Shown piece after piece: positions 13,416 to 25,544 of a stretch of DNA of 64,000 bases. Within the stretch, counting starts at the first letter, position 1. The number at the start of each line of letters is the position of its first letter. The translations under genes and the position numbers were made by a program. The stretch covers positions 14,818,001 through 14,882,000 of the forward strand of contig NC_043010.1 in assembly GCF_006345805.1 (NCBI RefSeq). Reading direction: 5' to 3'. Source of the DNA: Octopus sinensis. Its lineage: Eukaryota. The notes under the pieces were generated by a model. The model saw nothing but the letters and a program-made list of their open reading frames with translations. It searched no databases and had not been told where the DNA came from.

Positions 13416-13719
13416 ATGGAGGCACATGGCCTAGTGGTTAGGGCAGCAGACTCGCGGTCGAGGGATTGCGAGTTCGAATCTCAGACCGCGCCATGTGTGT
13501 GTTTATGAGCGAAACACCTAAGCTCCACGCGGCTCCGGCAGAAGATAATGGCAAATTTCTGCTGACTCTTTCGCCACAACTTTCTCTCACTCTTTCCTCC
13601 TGCATCTTGCAGCTCACCTGCGACGGACCGGCGTCCCGTCCAGGTGGGGAACCTATACGCCAAGGGAACCGGAAAACCGGCCCTTATGAGTCAGGCATGG
13701 CTCGAGAAGAAACAAACAA
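13416..13719 (+). mobile_element. SINE family B (same head as family A, different tail), with TSD
   Basis: ggaggcacatggcctagtggttaggg...ggttcgaatctc head and gtcccgtccaggtgggg tail. TSD catccctactga (13404-13415) / catccctattga (13720-13731). Confidence 0.9.
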
Positions 13720-13731
13720 CATCCCTATTGA

Positions 13732-14340
13732 CCATATGAAACACCTGCGCGTCTGGTCGATGAAAGCACATGTCCGCAAGAATCAAAATCTACGAGGCTG
13801 ATGTCATTACTACTTCCTTCAATGAATCATAATCTTGGCTGTTGCAAGTCAAGGAGGTCAAGCTGCTGGGACGCTCCCACCAGATATGTCTTCGCTCAAT
13901 CATGGCTGTCTCATGAAAGGAACTCATCATTGACAACGAAGTCTTTACTCTAGCAGGCTAATATTTCGATCATTCAAGCTATGCTACTGCTCAGACAGCT
14001 CAGGTGGACAGGCCACATCTCACGCTCGGAATACTGAGGGGTAAGCTTAGCCAGGGCAAAAGAGACAGAAGGGCTCTTCGGAAGAATTTTAAAGACCAGT
14101 TGGAACGCCAGCTCACATCGTCAGGGATAGGTTCCCACAGTGTCGGAGTGAGTCATAGAATAGAGGGAAGTGTGGCGAGACTGTTTGCGAAGGCCAGACT
14201 AGCGAAGGCCAAAACGAGAGTCATGATCAAGATTCTCATCTCACCAGATTATACGTTTTTGCTCCAAGTGCATCAGAGGCTGTCGTTCAAGGATGGGTTT
14301 AAATAGCCACTTAAGGGCTTAGCGATCTTCCTCATGGTCT
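13732..14340 (+). mobile_element. RTE-clade LINE C-terminal fragment
   Basis: Degenerate translation RVWS...RIKIYEADVITT...LRQLRWTGHI...GKLSQGKRDRRALRKNFKDQL. Confidence 0.75.
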
Positions 14341-14370
14341 TCGGACACAACGAATTGCTATCATAATTAA

Positions 14371-14570
14371 GGTAACGAACTGGTAGCGGTATTCCGTCTG
14401 CCGTAACGTTCCAAGTTACGCTGAGGTCGACTTTGCCTTTCATCCTTTCTGGGTCGATAGATTAAGTACCAGTTACGCACTGGGGGTTGATGTAATCGAC
14501 TTAATCCCTTTGTCTGTCCTTGTTTGTCTCCTCTATGTTTAGCCCCTTGTGGACAATAAAGAAATAAGAA
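14371..14570 (+). mobile_element. SINE family D copy
   Basis: gaggtcgactttgcctttcatcctttctgggtcgata core and tail agccccttgtggacaataaagaaataa. Confidence 0.85.
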
Positions 14571-14939
14571 TTGCAATCATATACGTGGTAGAGATAGAAG
14601 GGTAGATAGAGTGATATATAAAGAGAAAGATAGATACATAGAGAGAGAGAGAGAGAGTCAAAGAGAAAGGGAGAGAGAGTGATAGAGAGAACGAGGCGGG
14701 GGCGATAGGGAGCGAGAAAGAGTGGAGAGGGAAGCAACAATTAAAATATATACTATTTTATGCTTTTTTTTTCTACTCAGCCCTTCCAGGAGCAGAGCAA
14801 ACCTTTTGTAACCAGGCAGTTATTTTGAGAATACATTTCGATTTCCGGTCATTCTTTGTGTGTGAGAGTGTGAGTGAGTGTGCCTGTGTGTGTGCGCGCG
14901 CACATGTGTGTGTATGTGTGTGTGTGATACATATGGAAT

Positions 14940-15322
14940 GGAAGCACTCCGTCGGTTACGACGACGAGGGTTCCGGTTGATCCGATCAACGGAACAGCCT
15001 GCTCGTGAAATTAACGTGTAAGTGGCTGAGCACTCCACAGACACGTGTACCCTTAACGTAGTTCTCGGGGATATTCAGCGTGACACAGAGAGTGACAAGG
15101 CCGGCCCTTTGAAATACAGGTACAACAGAAACAGGAAGTAAGAGTGAGAGAAAGTTGTGGTGAAAGAGTACAGCAGGGATCACCACCATCCCCTGCCGGA
15201 GCCTAGTGGAGCTTTAGGTGTTTTCGCTCAATAAACACTCACAACGCCCGGTCTGGGAATCGAAACCGCGATGCTGCGACCGCGAGTCCGCTGCCCTAAC
15301 CACTGGGCCATTGTGCCTCCAC
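14940..15322 (-). mobile_element. SINE family A, with TSD
   Basis: Reverse complement of the 1837-2220 copy. TSD gtgtgatacata (14922-14933 and 15325-15336). Confidence 0.92.
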
Positions 15323-15980
15323 TAGTGTGATACATAAGGCGTCAGGTGAACACAAGGACTCCTTTGTGTTGTCCCCTCCTTGCCTCTATCGCTATGCATT
15401 TACAGAAACACCTCACTTATTCTTTAGCTGTAACCATTATCAAAACGTCCGTTTTCTATCGCTTGTTCCTTTTTATTATTTGTATTACTCTCTTTCTATT
15501 ACATTAATTTAAAAAAAATAATAAACCATATATTTTTTTATTCTACTTCTTGTCGATTACGGGCTTTATGAATGTTAATCAAATCTTTTCATCCGTTTTC
15601 ATTTACCATTATTAATTTATAATTTTTATCAATTCATTTTGAATGTATTATAATGAAGTAATATAGTTACTAAGTTTCTCGAACTATGTTGCCTCGAAGA
15701 AACAGATAACTGCAAATACGGTGGCTAAAAATACTGATGCTGAAGTTAAATTTAATAATAGAACCATCGCAATCGACTAAGATGTGAGATTTAAATCACG
15801 TTTGCGATAGAATTAATCGATCACATTAGTCGTGAGCAACTTCTTGCTTTTTTTTTTTCCATTTCCTTTTTCAGAACCTTCAGGGAAGAGTACGCAATTC
15901 ATGATTTAGAGATTATATTTAGCAGGAAGCTGCTGAAAATTCATTTCGTATATATTCAGTGTTTCGTATCACCGGTATTC

Positions 15981-16394
15981 TACTCTTTTACTCTTTTACT
16001 CTTATACTTGTTTCAGTCATTTGACTGCGGCCATGCTGGAGCACCGCCTTTTAGTCGAGTAAATCGACCCCCAGGACTTATTCTTTGTAAGCCTAGTACT
16101 TATTCTATCAGTCTCTTTTGCTGAACCGCTAAACAACGGGGACGTAAACACACCACCGTCGGTTGTCAAGCAATGGTGGGGGGACAAACACAGAAACACA
16201 AACATATACACACATACATATATATATATACATATACACGACGGGATTCTTCCAGTTTCCGTCAACCAAATCCACTCACAAGGCTTTGGTCGGCCCGAGG
16301 CGATAGTAGAAGACATATGCCCAAGGTTCCACGCAGTGGGAATGAACCCGGAATCATGTGGTTGGTAAGCAATCTACTTACCACACAGCCACTC
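15981..16394 (-). mobile_element. SINE family C
   Basis: Matches the family C consensus in this window. Confidence 0.9.
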
Positions 16395-17329
16395 ATAATA
16401 AATATTTACATTGAGTAAATATTTACATAAATTAAATTGATTCTCATTGTTCAAGAAAAAACAAATGATAACTTGTGTTGCATCCTTGTGGATAATGTTC
16501 CTAATGCTTGCTATTGCTGTTACTGTTTCGGGAAGAGGTATTCTGACATAGCAGTCAGTTATCAGGTGGAGTTACTCTGTATTAAGTATGGTGCAAGGCC
16601 TCTATCTCTCTATATACATCTACTTTTGAGAGACACGAATCTCTGAGAATTTTTTGGTCTTTCTGGAATAAGTAGTTCGTTGTTTGGATAAGAAATATGT
16701 AGGGGGTGAATCAAAGTTATGAGGTTAAATCTCTGAAGTAATGCTTTATTGACAAGAATGGCTGACTTATATACGTTATTGGTGTTGAAAACTGTGCGCT
16801 GTTTAGCATATTTAGGAAATGGATTTTACTCGAACTATAAACTTCCCTCCTACATTGGTGGATAAATCATTTATTTTACATACAACATGTATATACGCAT
16901 ATCTGTGTGTGTGTGCGCGCGTGTGTATATAAATATGTATGTATACTTATATATGTATATACATATAATGAGAAAGTCAGATAAAGAGATAAACATGATT
17001 AAATACATGGATTACGTAGATGCGATTTATCTTCAAACATCCAAAATCACTTCTTTTGAAGATCTTTCATCAGCCTACAGAAATCTGAATTTAATAAACC
17101 ATCCAGTTTTTCACAACATGTCAGAAAATTCCTAAATTCTACAAGACAAACCAGATTTACTCTCACCTACGCAGTATAAGCAAAAGCTAGCAACAGCAAA
17201 AGTAGGAATATCCATAATGCAATTCGAAATAACACCTGAACACGTTCAACCAATGAGAATCAACTTAACCGTTGTTCCTTGTGTTCTGCAATATTACAAT
17301 ACGATCAGTACGAATCTCCGAGTGATACC

Positions 17330-17404
17330 TAATGCACACACACAATCACACACACACACACACACAGACACAGACACAGACACACACACACAGGGACACA
17401 CACA

Positions 17405-17438
<34 letters not shown>

Positions 17439-17623
17439 AATACACACACATACTAACACACACACACACACACAGATACACACACACACGCAAACACACA
17501 CACACACAAACACACACACACACTGACACACACACACAAACACAGACACACACACACACACAAACACACACAAACACACACAAACACACACATACACACA
17601 CACAAACACACACACACACACAG

Positions 17624-17656
<33 letters not shown>

Positions 17657-17757
17657 CACAGAGACACACACACACACACAAACACACACATACACAGAGA
17701 CACACACACACACACAGACACACTCACAAACACACACACACACAGACACACACACAA

Positions 17758-17788
<31 letters not shown>

Positions 17789-17810
17789 CACGCACACACA
17801 CACACGTACT
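17330..17810. repeat. About 480 bp (CA)n-derived microsatellite
   Basis: Direct read. Confidence 0.95.
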
Positions 17811-17816
17811 CACATA

Positions 17817-18721
17817 TACGAAGGAGAACTCACAAGAAACCGGAATTGTACAATATTATTTCATTCACTTAGTTTTGCACGTTGACACTTTTATCACCTT
17901 CAACGTTTATTCTCCATTGGAAGCAACGCATCGGTCCAGACGCGTCTTCCACTGCTCGAAGCAATGCTGGAAATCTTGCAAAAGAGATGAATTTTAAAGC
18001 CCTCTGTCGTTTATTTCCTCACCTCTTCAACATCTTCAGATTCCGTAGCACCAACTTTCGTCACCAGTGATGACCTTCGAAAAAAGGTCCTCCGGATCAA
18101 TTTCCATCTGTTCTTTTCGTTCACGACACGCATTCATTCGTGACTACTTTTGCTCTTCCGCCAGAGAGCAGGGCGCAAAATATACTGCAAGTCTTTCCAT
18201 TCTTAATTCCTTTCTCAAAATTCAATGGCAGGAACTCGACGACACACCAATCATATCAACGAGTTCATCAACTGTTCTAAATAATTGTTCTAAATCAATT
18301 GTTCTAAATCAATTCAGGATATTTTCATTCGTTCGGGAGGTCGGCGGATGCCCTGGATGAGGCTGCTTTTCAAGCGCCAAGTGACCTAAAGCGTGGTAAC
18401 TACTCGTAAATTTGTGTTTTGCTCATGGCAGAGCGTTCTTGTAAGCTGTTTGAAGTATCATGACTGTTTCGGCCACAGTTTTCCCCCAGCAGAAAACAGA
18501 ATCTCACCGACCATGCTGTTCCTTCGCAAAAATTGACGGAAAGGGGAGAAGCACTGTAAAACAACGACGCATTACATGATTGTACGACTTCACTCGACAA
18601 TGCCGGTCAACATACTGATGCCTGTGGTTCGCATCAAGTGGATTCTAGCGGTGGAACCTAGAACTACTACGCGCTTGTCCCACATAGAATATTTCCGGTT
18701 TCTTTTGGGCACCTCCTCGTA
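17817..18721 (-). mobile_element. Internally deleted mariner (irritans-like) with TIRs
   Basis: TIRs tacgaaggagaactcacaagaaaccggaat and atttccggtttcttttgggcacctcctcgta. Minus-strand remnants: KTVAETVMILQTAYK...MSKTQIYE, KVITGDESWCYG, and FQHCFEQWKTRLDRCVASNGE. The segment between catalytic D1 and the C-terminus is missing. Confidence 0.88.
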
Positions 18722-18751
18722 TATTTATATATATGAATATATATATATATA

Positions 18752-18930
18752 AAGGGAAAGTTTACGAAAATAAACAAAAGACGAAGGCAGGTGGAGTACA
18801 AACAAACAAATGTATTAGTATAACGCTCAGGAAAAAAAGTCTTTTACGTTTCGAGCCTTCGCTCTTCTAGAGAAAGGGACACAGAAAAAACAAGGAGAGA
18901 AAAAAATGGGTGTGGTAGCTAACGATCTAT
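18752..18930 (-). mobile_element. Short Penelope-type terminal fragment with a minimal hammerhead-like motif
   Basis: Minus strand cttt-ctctagaaga-gc gaag gc tc-GAAACGTA-aaag, with a degenerate core. The same family starts again at 63942 and a decayed relative lies at about 30055-30215. Confidence 0.55.
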
Positions 18931-19037
18931 CATGGCGTCTCATATATACATACATGTACATATGGCATACATGTACATATGACATATATATATGTATATA
19001 TATCATAATAAAATAAAAACATGATGCGAAGGATTCA

Positions 19038-19115
19038 GCGGTACATATGTTTCGGGCCTTTATTAGACAGATTTATAACAATGCATAATGTATGTCTGTG
19101 GCCTTCTTCAGCCGC
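19038..19115 (-). ncRNA. Type I hammerhead ribozyme (left palindrome arm)
   Basis: Reverse complement of 22375-22452. Confidence 0.8.
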
Positions 19116-22100
19116 GCACCACAGCTTCCACAAGGACATGTGTTACATCAAAAATTCTTGGTTGGGGATGCAAATCCTCTCATTCACGTACGACATAATG
19201 CGGCAGCAGCATAGAGTTGAAGCGTCCATCTCTTCTTCTCTCAATGTAGAATGAGGAAAATTGGATGTTGAGGTAATGTAAATAAATAAATACATATATA
19301 GAGGTGAAGATGGAGGGGCGAGAGTTCGGGACGAGGGATAAAAAATGTATAAAAAGTGTAAGTATAGAATAATATAAAAATGTAGAGGATAAAGGGTTGT
19401 AAGTAGATGTAAAGGGGGTATAAAGAAATATAAAGTAAAAATAGAAATAGAAATAAAAGTAAAAAAACCTGATAAAAACATGATAAAAGTGTAAAAGAAT
19501 GTAAAGATAAGGGATGTATAGAGGTTATGGACCAAGCATGGTGGTCAGGAGATTGATAAAATTTAGTTGTAGAATTGTCAGTACATCAACAGTTTCGTCT
19601 GGGGACTTAATGCGTTGTAAATCAGAGCTGATGAGCATTTAATCTGGTTCCTTGAATTAAATGGACTTCTAGTACATACATATCATCATGGATATATACA
19701 CCCACATACACGCGTACATATACGCCTCCAAGCCTATAAGCATACACACGCACTCGCGTGTAAACACGTACATAAACACACACGCACCCACACGCACGCG
19801 CGTACACACACATACATACAACAGAGTATCCGCATATATACACGGACATTACGCGCGTACACGCTCACATGTATATACGCGCGCCCATCACTCCATACAC
19901 ACACATATATGCCCACGCCTCTAGGTCCAGGTATAAGATATTAAAGGATGTGTATAAGAACGTATGTAAAGAATCCCGTACTCATGTCAATACGCGCACG
20001 CACACACGGCTGTGTGTCCGTATGTGCGTGCACCTATACACTCATATACACACACAGAGACACACGCGCACATGGGTATAGCTATAAGATATCGAAGTAT
20101 GCATGTACATATATGCGCGTGCATATGTATGTATGCGTATACACACGTACGCGGACGCTCGTATATTCAAAAGGTGGATCCATAGGTAAGTAAATAAACA
20201 TATATAGAAGTGTAAAGCGATAAGTTAGGGGTAAGAATGAGGGTAAGGGTAAAGATTAGAAATAAAAAATACAGTATAAAATAAGAAATACAATGTAATA
20301 GTTAGAAATGAAGTATAAGAATTATAAAAATTATAAGAGTTAAGGTAAGGGATGAAAATGAAATGAGAATAAATGGGAGTAGAATAAAAGTAAAAATAAA
20401 TTAAAAATAAAAATAAAAATAAATGGAAGTAGGATAAAAGTAAAAATAAAAGTAAAAATAAAAATAAAATTAAAATAAGATAAAATATAATTTTGTAAAG
20501 TTTAACATGAGATGAAGGTGGTTGAAAGTTAGAGGTGTGTGTTAAACGTAGGGGCGGGCGGGGGGAACTGAAAATTGGAAGGGTGGGAAGTGGAGTTTGG
20601 CGGTGTGCGTTCAACATCTGAGTTAGAAATGTGAAAGGGTATAGATATAGGGGATTAAAGAGACTACATAGGGAGGATATGGGTGTAGGAGAAGAAATAT
20701 TTATGCACGTGTGTACGTGCATATAGGGTTCCCTGCATTTTCCCCCTATATATACAAATTTTGTCTCCCATATATGACTTCTTTTCCCTAAATATTTCTT
20801 CTCCTACACCCATATCCTCCCTATGTAGTCTCTTTAATCCCCTATATCTATACCCTTTCACATTTCTAACTCAGATGTTGAACGCACACCGCCAAACTCC
20901 ACTTCCCACCCTTCCAATTTTCAGTTCCCCCCGCCCGCCCCTACGTTTAACACACACCTCTAACTTTCAACCACCTTCATCTCATGTTAAACTTTACAAA
21001 ATTATATTTTTATCTTATTTTATTTTTATTTTTACTTTTATTTTTACTTTTATCCTACTTCCATTTATTTTTATTTTTATTTTTAATTTTATTTTTACTT
21101 TTATTCTACTTCCATTTATTCTCATTTTCATTTTCATCCCTTACCTTAACTCTTATAATTTTTATAATTCTTATACTTCATTTCTAACTATTACATTGTA
21201 TTTCTTATTTTATACTGTATTTTTTATTTCTAATCTTTACCCTTACCCTCATTCTTACCCCTAACTTATCGCTTTACACCTCTATATATGTTTATTTACT
21301 TACCTATGGATCCACCTTTTGAATATACGAGCGTCCGCGTACGTGTGTATACGCATACATACATATGCACGCGCATATATGTACATGCATACTTCGATAT
21401 CTTATAGCTATACCCATGTGCGCGTGTGTCTCTGTGTGTGTATATGAGTGTATATGTGCACGCACATACGGACACACAGCCGTGTGTGCGTGCGCGTATT
21501 GACATGAGTACGGGATTCTTTACATACGTTCTTATACACATCCTTTAATATCTTATACCTGGACCTAGAGGCGTGGGCATATACGTGTGTGTATGGAGTG
21601 ATGGGCGCGCGTATATACATGTGAGCGTGTACGCGCGTAATGTCCGTGTATATATGCGGATATTCTGTTGTATGTATGTGTGTGTACGCGCGTGCGTGTG
21701 GGTGCGTGTGTGTTTATGTACGTGTTTACACGCGAGTGCGTGTGTATGCTTATAGGCTTGGAGGCGTATATGTACGCGTGTATGTGGGTGTATATATCCA
21801 TGATGATATGTATGTATTAGAAGTCCATTTAATTCAAGGAACCAGATTAAATGCTCATCAGCTCTGATTTACAACGCATTAAGTCCCCAGACGAAACTGT
21901 TGATGTACTGACAATCCTACAACTAAATTTTATCAATCTCCTGACCACCATGCTTGGTCCATAACCTCTATACATCCCTTATCTTTACATTCTTTTACAC
22001 TTTTATCATGTTTTTATCAGGTTTTTTTACTTTTATTTCTATTTCTATTTTTACTTTATATTTCTTTATACCCCCTTTACATCTACTTACAACCCTTTAT

Positions 22101-22374
22101 CCTCTACATTTTTATATTATTCTATACTTACACTTTTTATACATTTTTTATCCCTCGTCCCGAACTCTCGCCCCTCCATCTTCACCTCTATATATGTATT
22201 TATTTATTTACATTACCTCAACATCCAATTTTCCTCATTCTACATTGAGAGAAGAAAGAGATGGACGCTTCAACTCTATGCTGCTGCCGCATTATGTCGT
22301 ACGTGAATGAGAGGATTTGCATCCCCAACCAAGAATTTTTGATGTAACACATGTCCTTGTGGAAGCTGTGGTGC

Positions 22375-22452
22375 GCGGCTGAAGAAGGCCACAGACATAC
22401 ATTATGCATTGTTATAAATCTGTCTAATAAAGGCCCGAAACATATGTACCGC
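22375..22452 (+). ncRNA. Type I hammerhead ribozyme (right palindrome arm)
   Basis: gcgg-CTGAAGA-a-ggcc acaga...tctgt...ggcc-c-GAAA-CATATGT-A-ccgc. Stem I is gcgg/ccgc. Stem II is GGCC/GGCC plus acaga/tctgt. Stem III is the palindrome ACAUAUGU. Predicted cleavage after GUA at 22448. Confidence 0.8.
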
Positions 22453-22575
22453 TGAATCCTTCGCATCATGTTTTTTATTTTTATTTTGATCAATTTACTC
22501 ACCACCTACACCACCAAACGGTATACACAGGTGCTTATAATTATCAATTACTCACCCCGAATTTCTATATATATC

Positions 22576-22628
<53 letters not shown>

Positions 22629-22640
22629 TATGTGTGTGTA

Positions 22641-22681
<41 letters not shown>

Positions 22682-22963
22682 ATTGATTTGTTTTTATGTC
22701 AATTTGTATATGAACAACATTAGACCAAAGAATTACCTTTCTCTAGAATACATATTTATAAGCTTTTACAAGGAAAAGGTTGACAATGACTTTTCAGCCG
22801 TTTGAAGTACACACACACGCACTCACACACACATATATATATATATGTACATCATACATCATATATAATATATATTTATATATCATATATAATATATTTT
22901 TAAGATATATAATGCATAAATATAATATATATATCTATATCCATATACAAGTACACACACACA

Positions 22964-23017
<54 letters not shown>

Positions 23018-23564
23018 GATAGATAAATAAATAGATATATTCGTGCATGTATGTATACACTCAAAATCAAGTCCACAGTTCCTCCCAATTAAAGTTGCAT
23101 TATGGTTAATTTCATAGAACACTTGGCCAGGTATAAGTGATATATTACCTTAATGTTCCTTAGAGGCAATATTTCATTCAACCCAAAGTATATATTAACA
23201 GACCACTTCAAAAATGCGCCGACTTTGGCAAATATATCCTTGACTTCATAGACTTAGAAATACCGTAGAATTATCGAATAGAACACTAGTAACATCATAA
23301 TTTAATAGCTTGTGTTAATTAATAAAGAAAGCAAAGCAAACTATTGGTTCACACATTTTGTTTATTATGGAATTCTACCGATCATTTTATAATCGCTCTT
23401 CAACAAAGCTTTAGAATTCAGTAAAACTTTTACTAAAGTGGTGAGTACGGAAGGAAGTCGCTTTTGTATGAGAGTGGAACTGAGGGATTGTATATTCCAG
23501 GTAGTTCCAGAATTATAAATAACTCTCCTAGTTTATGATCATATAAAAATAATTGGCTAGTTGT

Positions 23565-23870
23565 CGTCCATCATCATCATCATCGTTCGACCGTGGTCGA
23601 GACAATGGAATTTACCATGCTACGTCAGACTTCACGGTCCATCATAGCATTACGGAGGTCCTGTTGCTGGATACCTGTATCCCTGGAGATTACATCAGGG
23701 TAGGAGAGTGTGCGCCCTCTGGTATTGCGAGTAGATGGTTTCCAGAGGAGAAGAGTAGAAATTGCCTCGTTTTCAGCTCTACAACAATGTTCAGCAAACT
23801 GGACTCTCCTACCTTTCACTACGCCAGTGGACGCAGATTAAAATGTATGATGTCGAAACAGATTTCGATG
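23565..23870 (-). mobile_element. RTE-like LINE 3' end with (GAT)n tail
   Basis: Minus strand RRVQFAEHCCRAENEAISTLLLWKP...RGRTLSYPDVISRDTG...DLRNAMMDREVWR, followed by a gatgatgat tail. Confidence 0.75.
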
Positions 23871-24204
23871 CATATAGCGTGAAGGTCGGAAGCAAAAGTT
23901 AAGCTAAATTTTAAAAATAGTAATGATTCCCATGTAAATTCTACAAAATGAAAAAAATAAGAGGACTTATTTAAGAAAGGAAGGATACTTTGCATTTTTA
24001 TAGCATTCTTAGTCTATCTTTCTTTAAATATATTTCGTCCATATTCATTTACCCACGTTTCCGTTGGTGTCTTTCTTCTTTTTTATATTTTCTCATTCTT
24101 CCTCTTCGGTTTTGCGGGGAAATTTTTTTACAATAAACTCTGTTATGTGAACTTTTGCTTATTCTGTGTCAGCTCAAGCCTTCCCCGACAGATCAGGACA
24201 GATC

Positions 24205-24205
24205 A

Positions 24206-24252
<47 letters not shown>

Positions 24253-24459
24253 ACACACACACAAAGACACACACACACACACACAACACACACACAAAGA
24301 CACACACACATACACAAACACACACAAACACACAAACAAACACGCACACACAAACACACATACACAAACACACACACACTCACACATACACAAAAACACA
24401 CACACATACACACACATATATATGCATATAAATACAAACATATGGATATTCTTGTTGCT

Positions 24460-24494
<35 letters not shown>

Positions 24495-24570
24495 TTATAT
24501 ATATATACATATATATATGCATATAATACATACATATATATAATATAAACGTACATACACACACATATAT
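24205..24570. repeat. (CA)n/(TA)n compound microsatellite
   Basis: Direct read. Confidence 0.9.
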
Positions 24571-24875
24571 CTTTCTGAATGCATGGTTTTTTTTCATCCC
24601 AATGTTTGCAATCTACTATTTATCGCCATATTAGTTTCGAATATCACCTCTTAAAGAAAAAAATGTCAAGTTCTATCGAAATTTCTAAATTACTATGACG
24701 TCGTAAATATACAATTTCTCGTTAGGAAGAATATAATTTCTAAATTGGAGGAATTCGCGCCATTGATTTGGTCCTGTCGTAGAAAGTCAGTCATGTTTAC
24801 AGACCTTGTAGGTTCGAGTGTCACGAGTAGCCTTCAGTGGTTTTCTATGCAACTGCATTTTGAAGCAAACTATAT

Positions 24876-25293
24876 TCTCTTTTGCTCTTTTACTCTTTTA
24901 CTTGTTTCAGTCATTTGACTGCGGCCATGCTGGAGCAACGCCTTTAGTCGAGCAAATCGACCCCCAGGACTTATTCTTTGTAAGCCTAGTACTTATTCTA
25001 TCGGTCTCTTTGGCCGAGCCGCTAAGTTACGGGGACGTAAACACACCAGCATCGGTTGTCAAGCGATGTTGAGGGGACAAACACAGACACACAAACATAT
25101 ACACACGCATATATATATATACATATATACGACGGGCTTCTTTCAGTTTCTGTCTACCAAATCCACTCACAAGGCTATGGTTGGCCCGAGGCTATAGTAG
25201 AAGACACTTGCCCAAGATGCTAAGCAGTGGGACTGAACCCGAAATCATGTGGCTGGTAAGCAAGCTACTTACCACACAGCCACTCCTGTGCCT
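24876..25293 (-). mobile_element. SINE family C
   Basis: Matches the family C consensus. Confidence 0.9.
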
Positions 25294-25313
25294 ATGTACG
25301 CTTCTGTATATAT

Positions 25314-25502
25314 ATTTCTTTACTGCCAACAAGGGGCTAAACATAGAGGGGACAAACATGGGACTAAGTCGATTACATAGACCCCAGTGCGAAACTGGTA
25401 CTTTATTTATCGACCCCGAAAGGATGAAAGGCAAAGTCGACCTCGGCGGAATTTGAACTCACAACGTAACGGCAGACGAAATACCGCTTAGCATTTCGCC
25501 CG
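25314..25502 (-). mobile_element. SINE family D
   Basis: Contains cgaccccgaaaggatgaaaggcaaagtcgacctcggcggaatttgaactc. Confidence 0.88.
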
Positions 25503-25544
25503 TATATAGCTTTATCTGCAATCGGGTTCAACATTCCATATTTT

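Larger units (their letters stand above)
19003..22488. repeat. About 3.5 kb palindrome: two ~1.7 kb inverted arms (19003-20703 and 20789-22488) with an 85-bp spacer
   Basis: The arms are reverse complements throughout, and the ORF track is mirrored (e.g. 19622-19849 minus versus 21640-21867 plus). A few substitutions and homopolymer indels distinguish the arms. Confidence 0.97.

Noticed and set aside
15840-15950. Strong polypyrimidine tract plus AG (tttccttttttcag) suggesting an exon start at about 15875
   Set aside because: No convincing donor or recognisable peptide. It cannot be supported without RNA-seq.
16697-16870. Possible Tc1/mariner TIR-like start (tatgtagggggtgaatcaaagt)
   Set aside because: No matching second TIR and no transposase text were found.
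19021-22505. Mirrored ORFs of 60-167 aa in the palindrome arms
   Set aside because: They are low-complexity (F/I/L/Y or V/C/Y/T/H rich) by-products of composition. The mirroring only reflects the inverted repeat.
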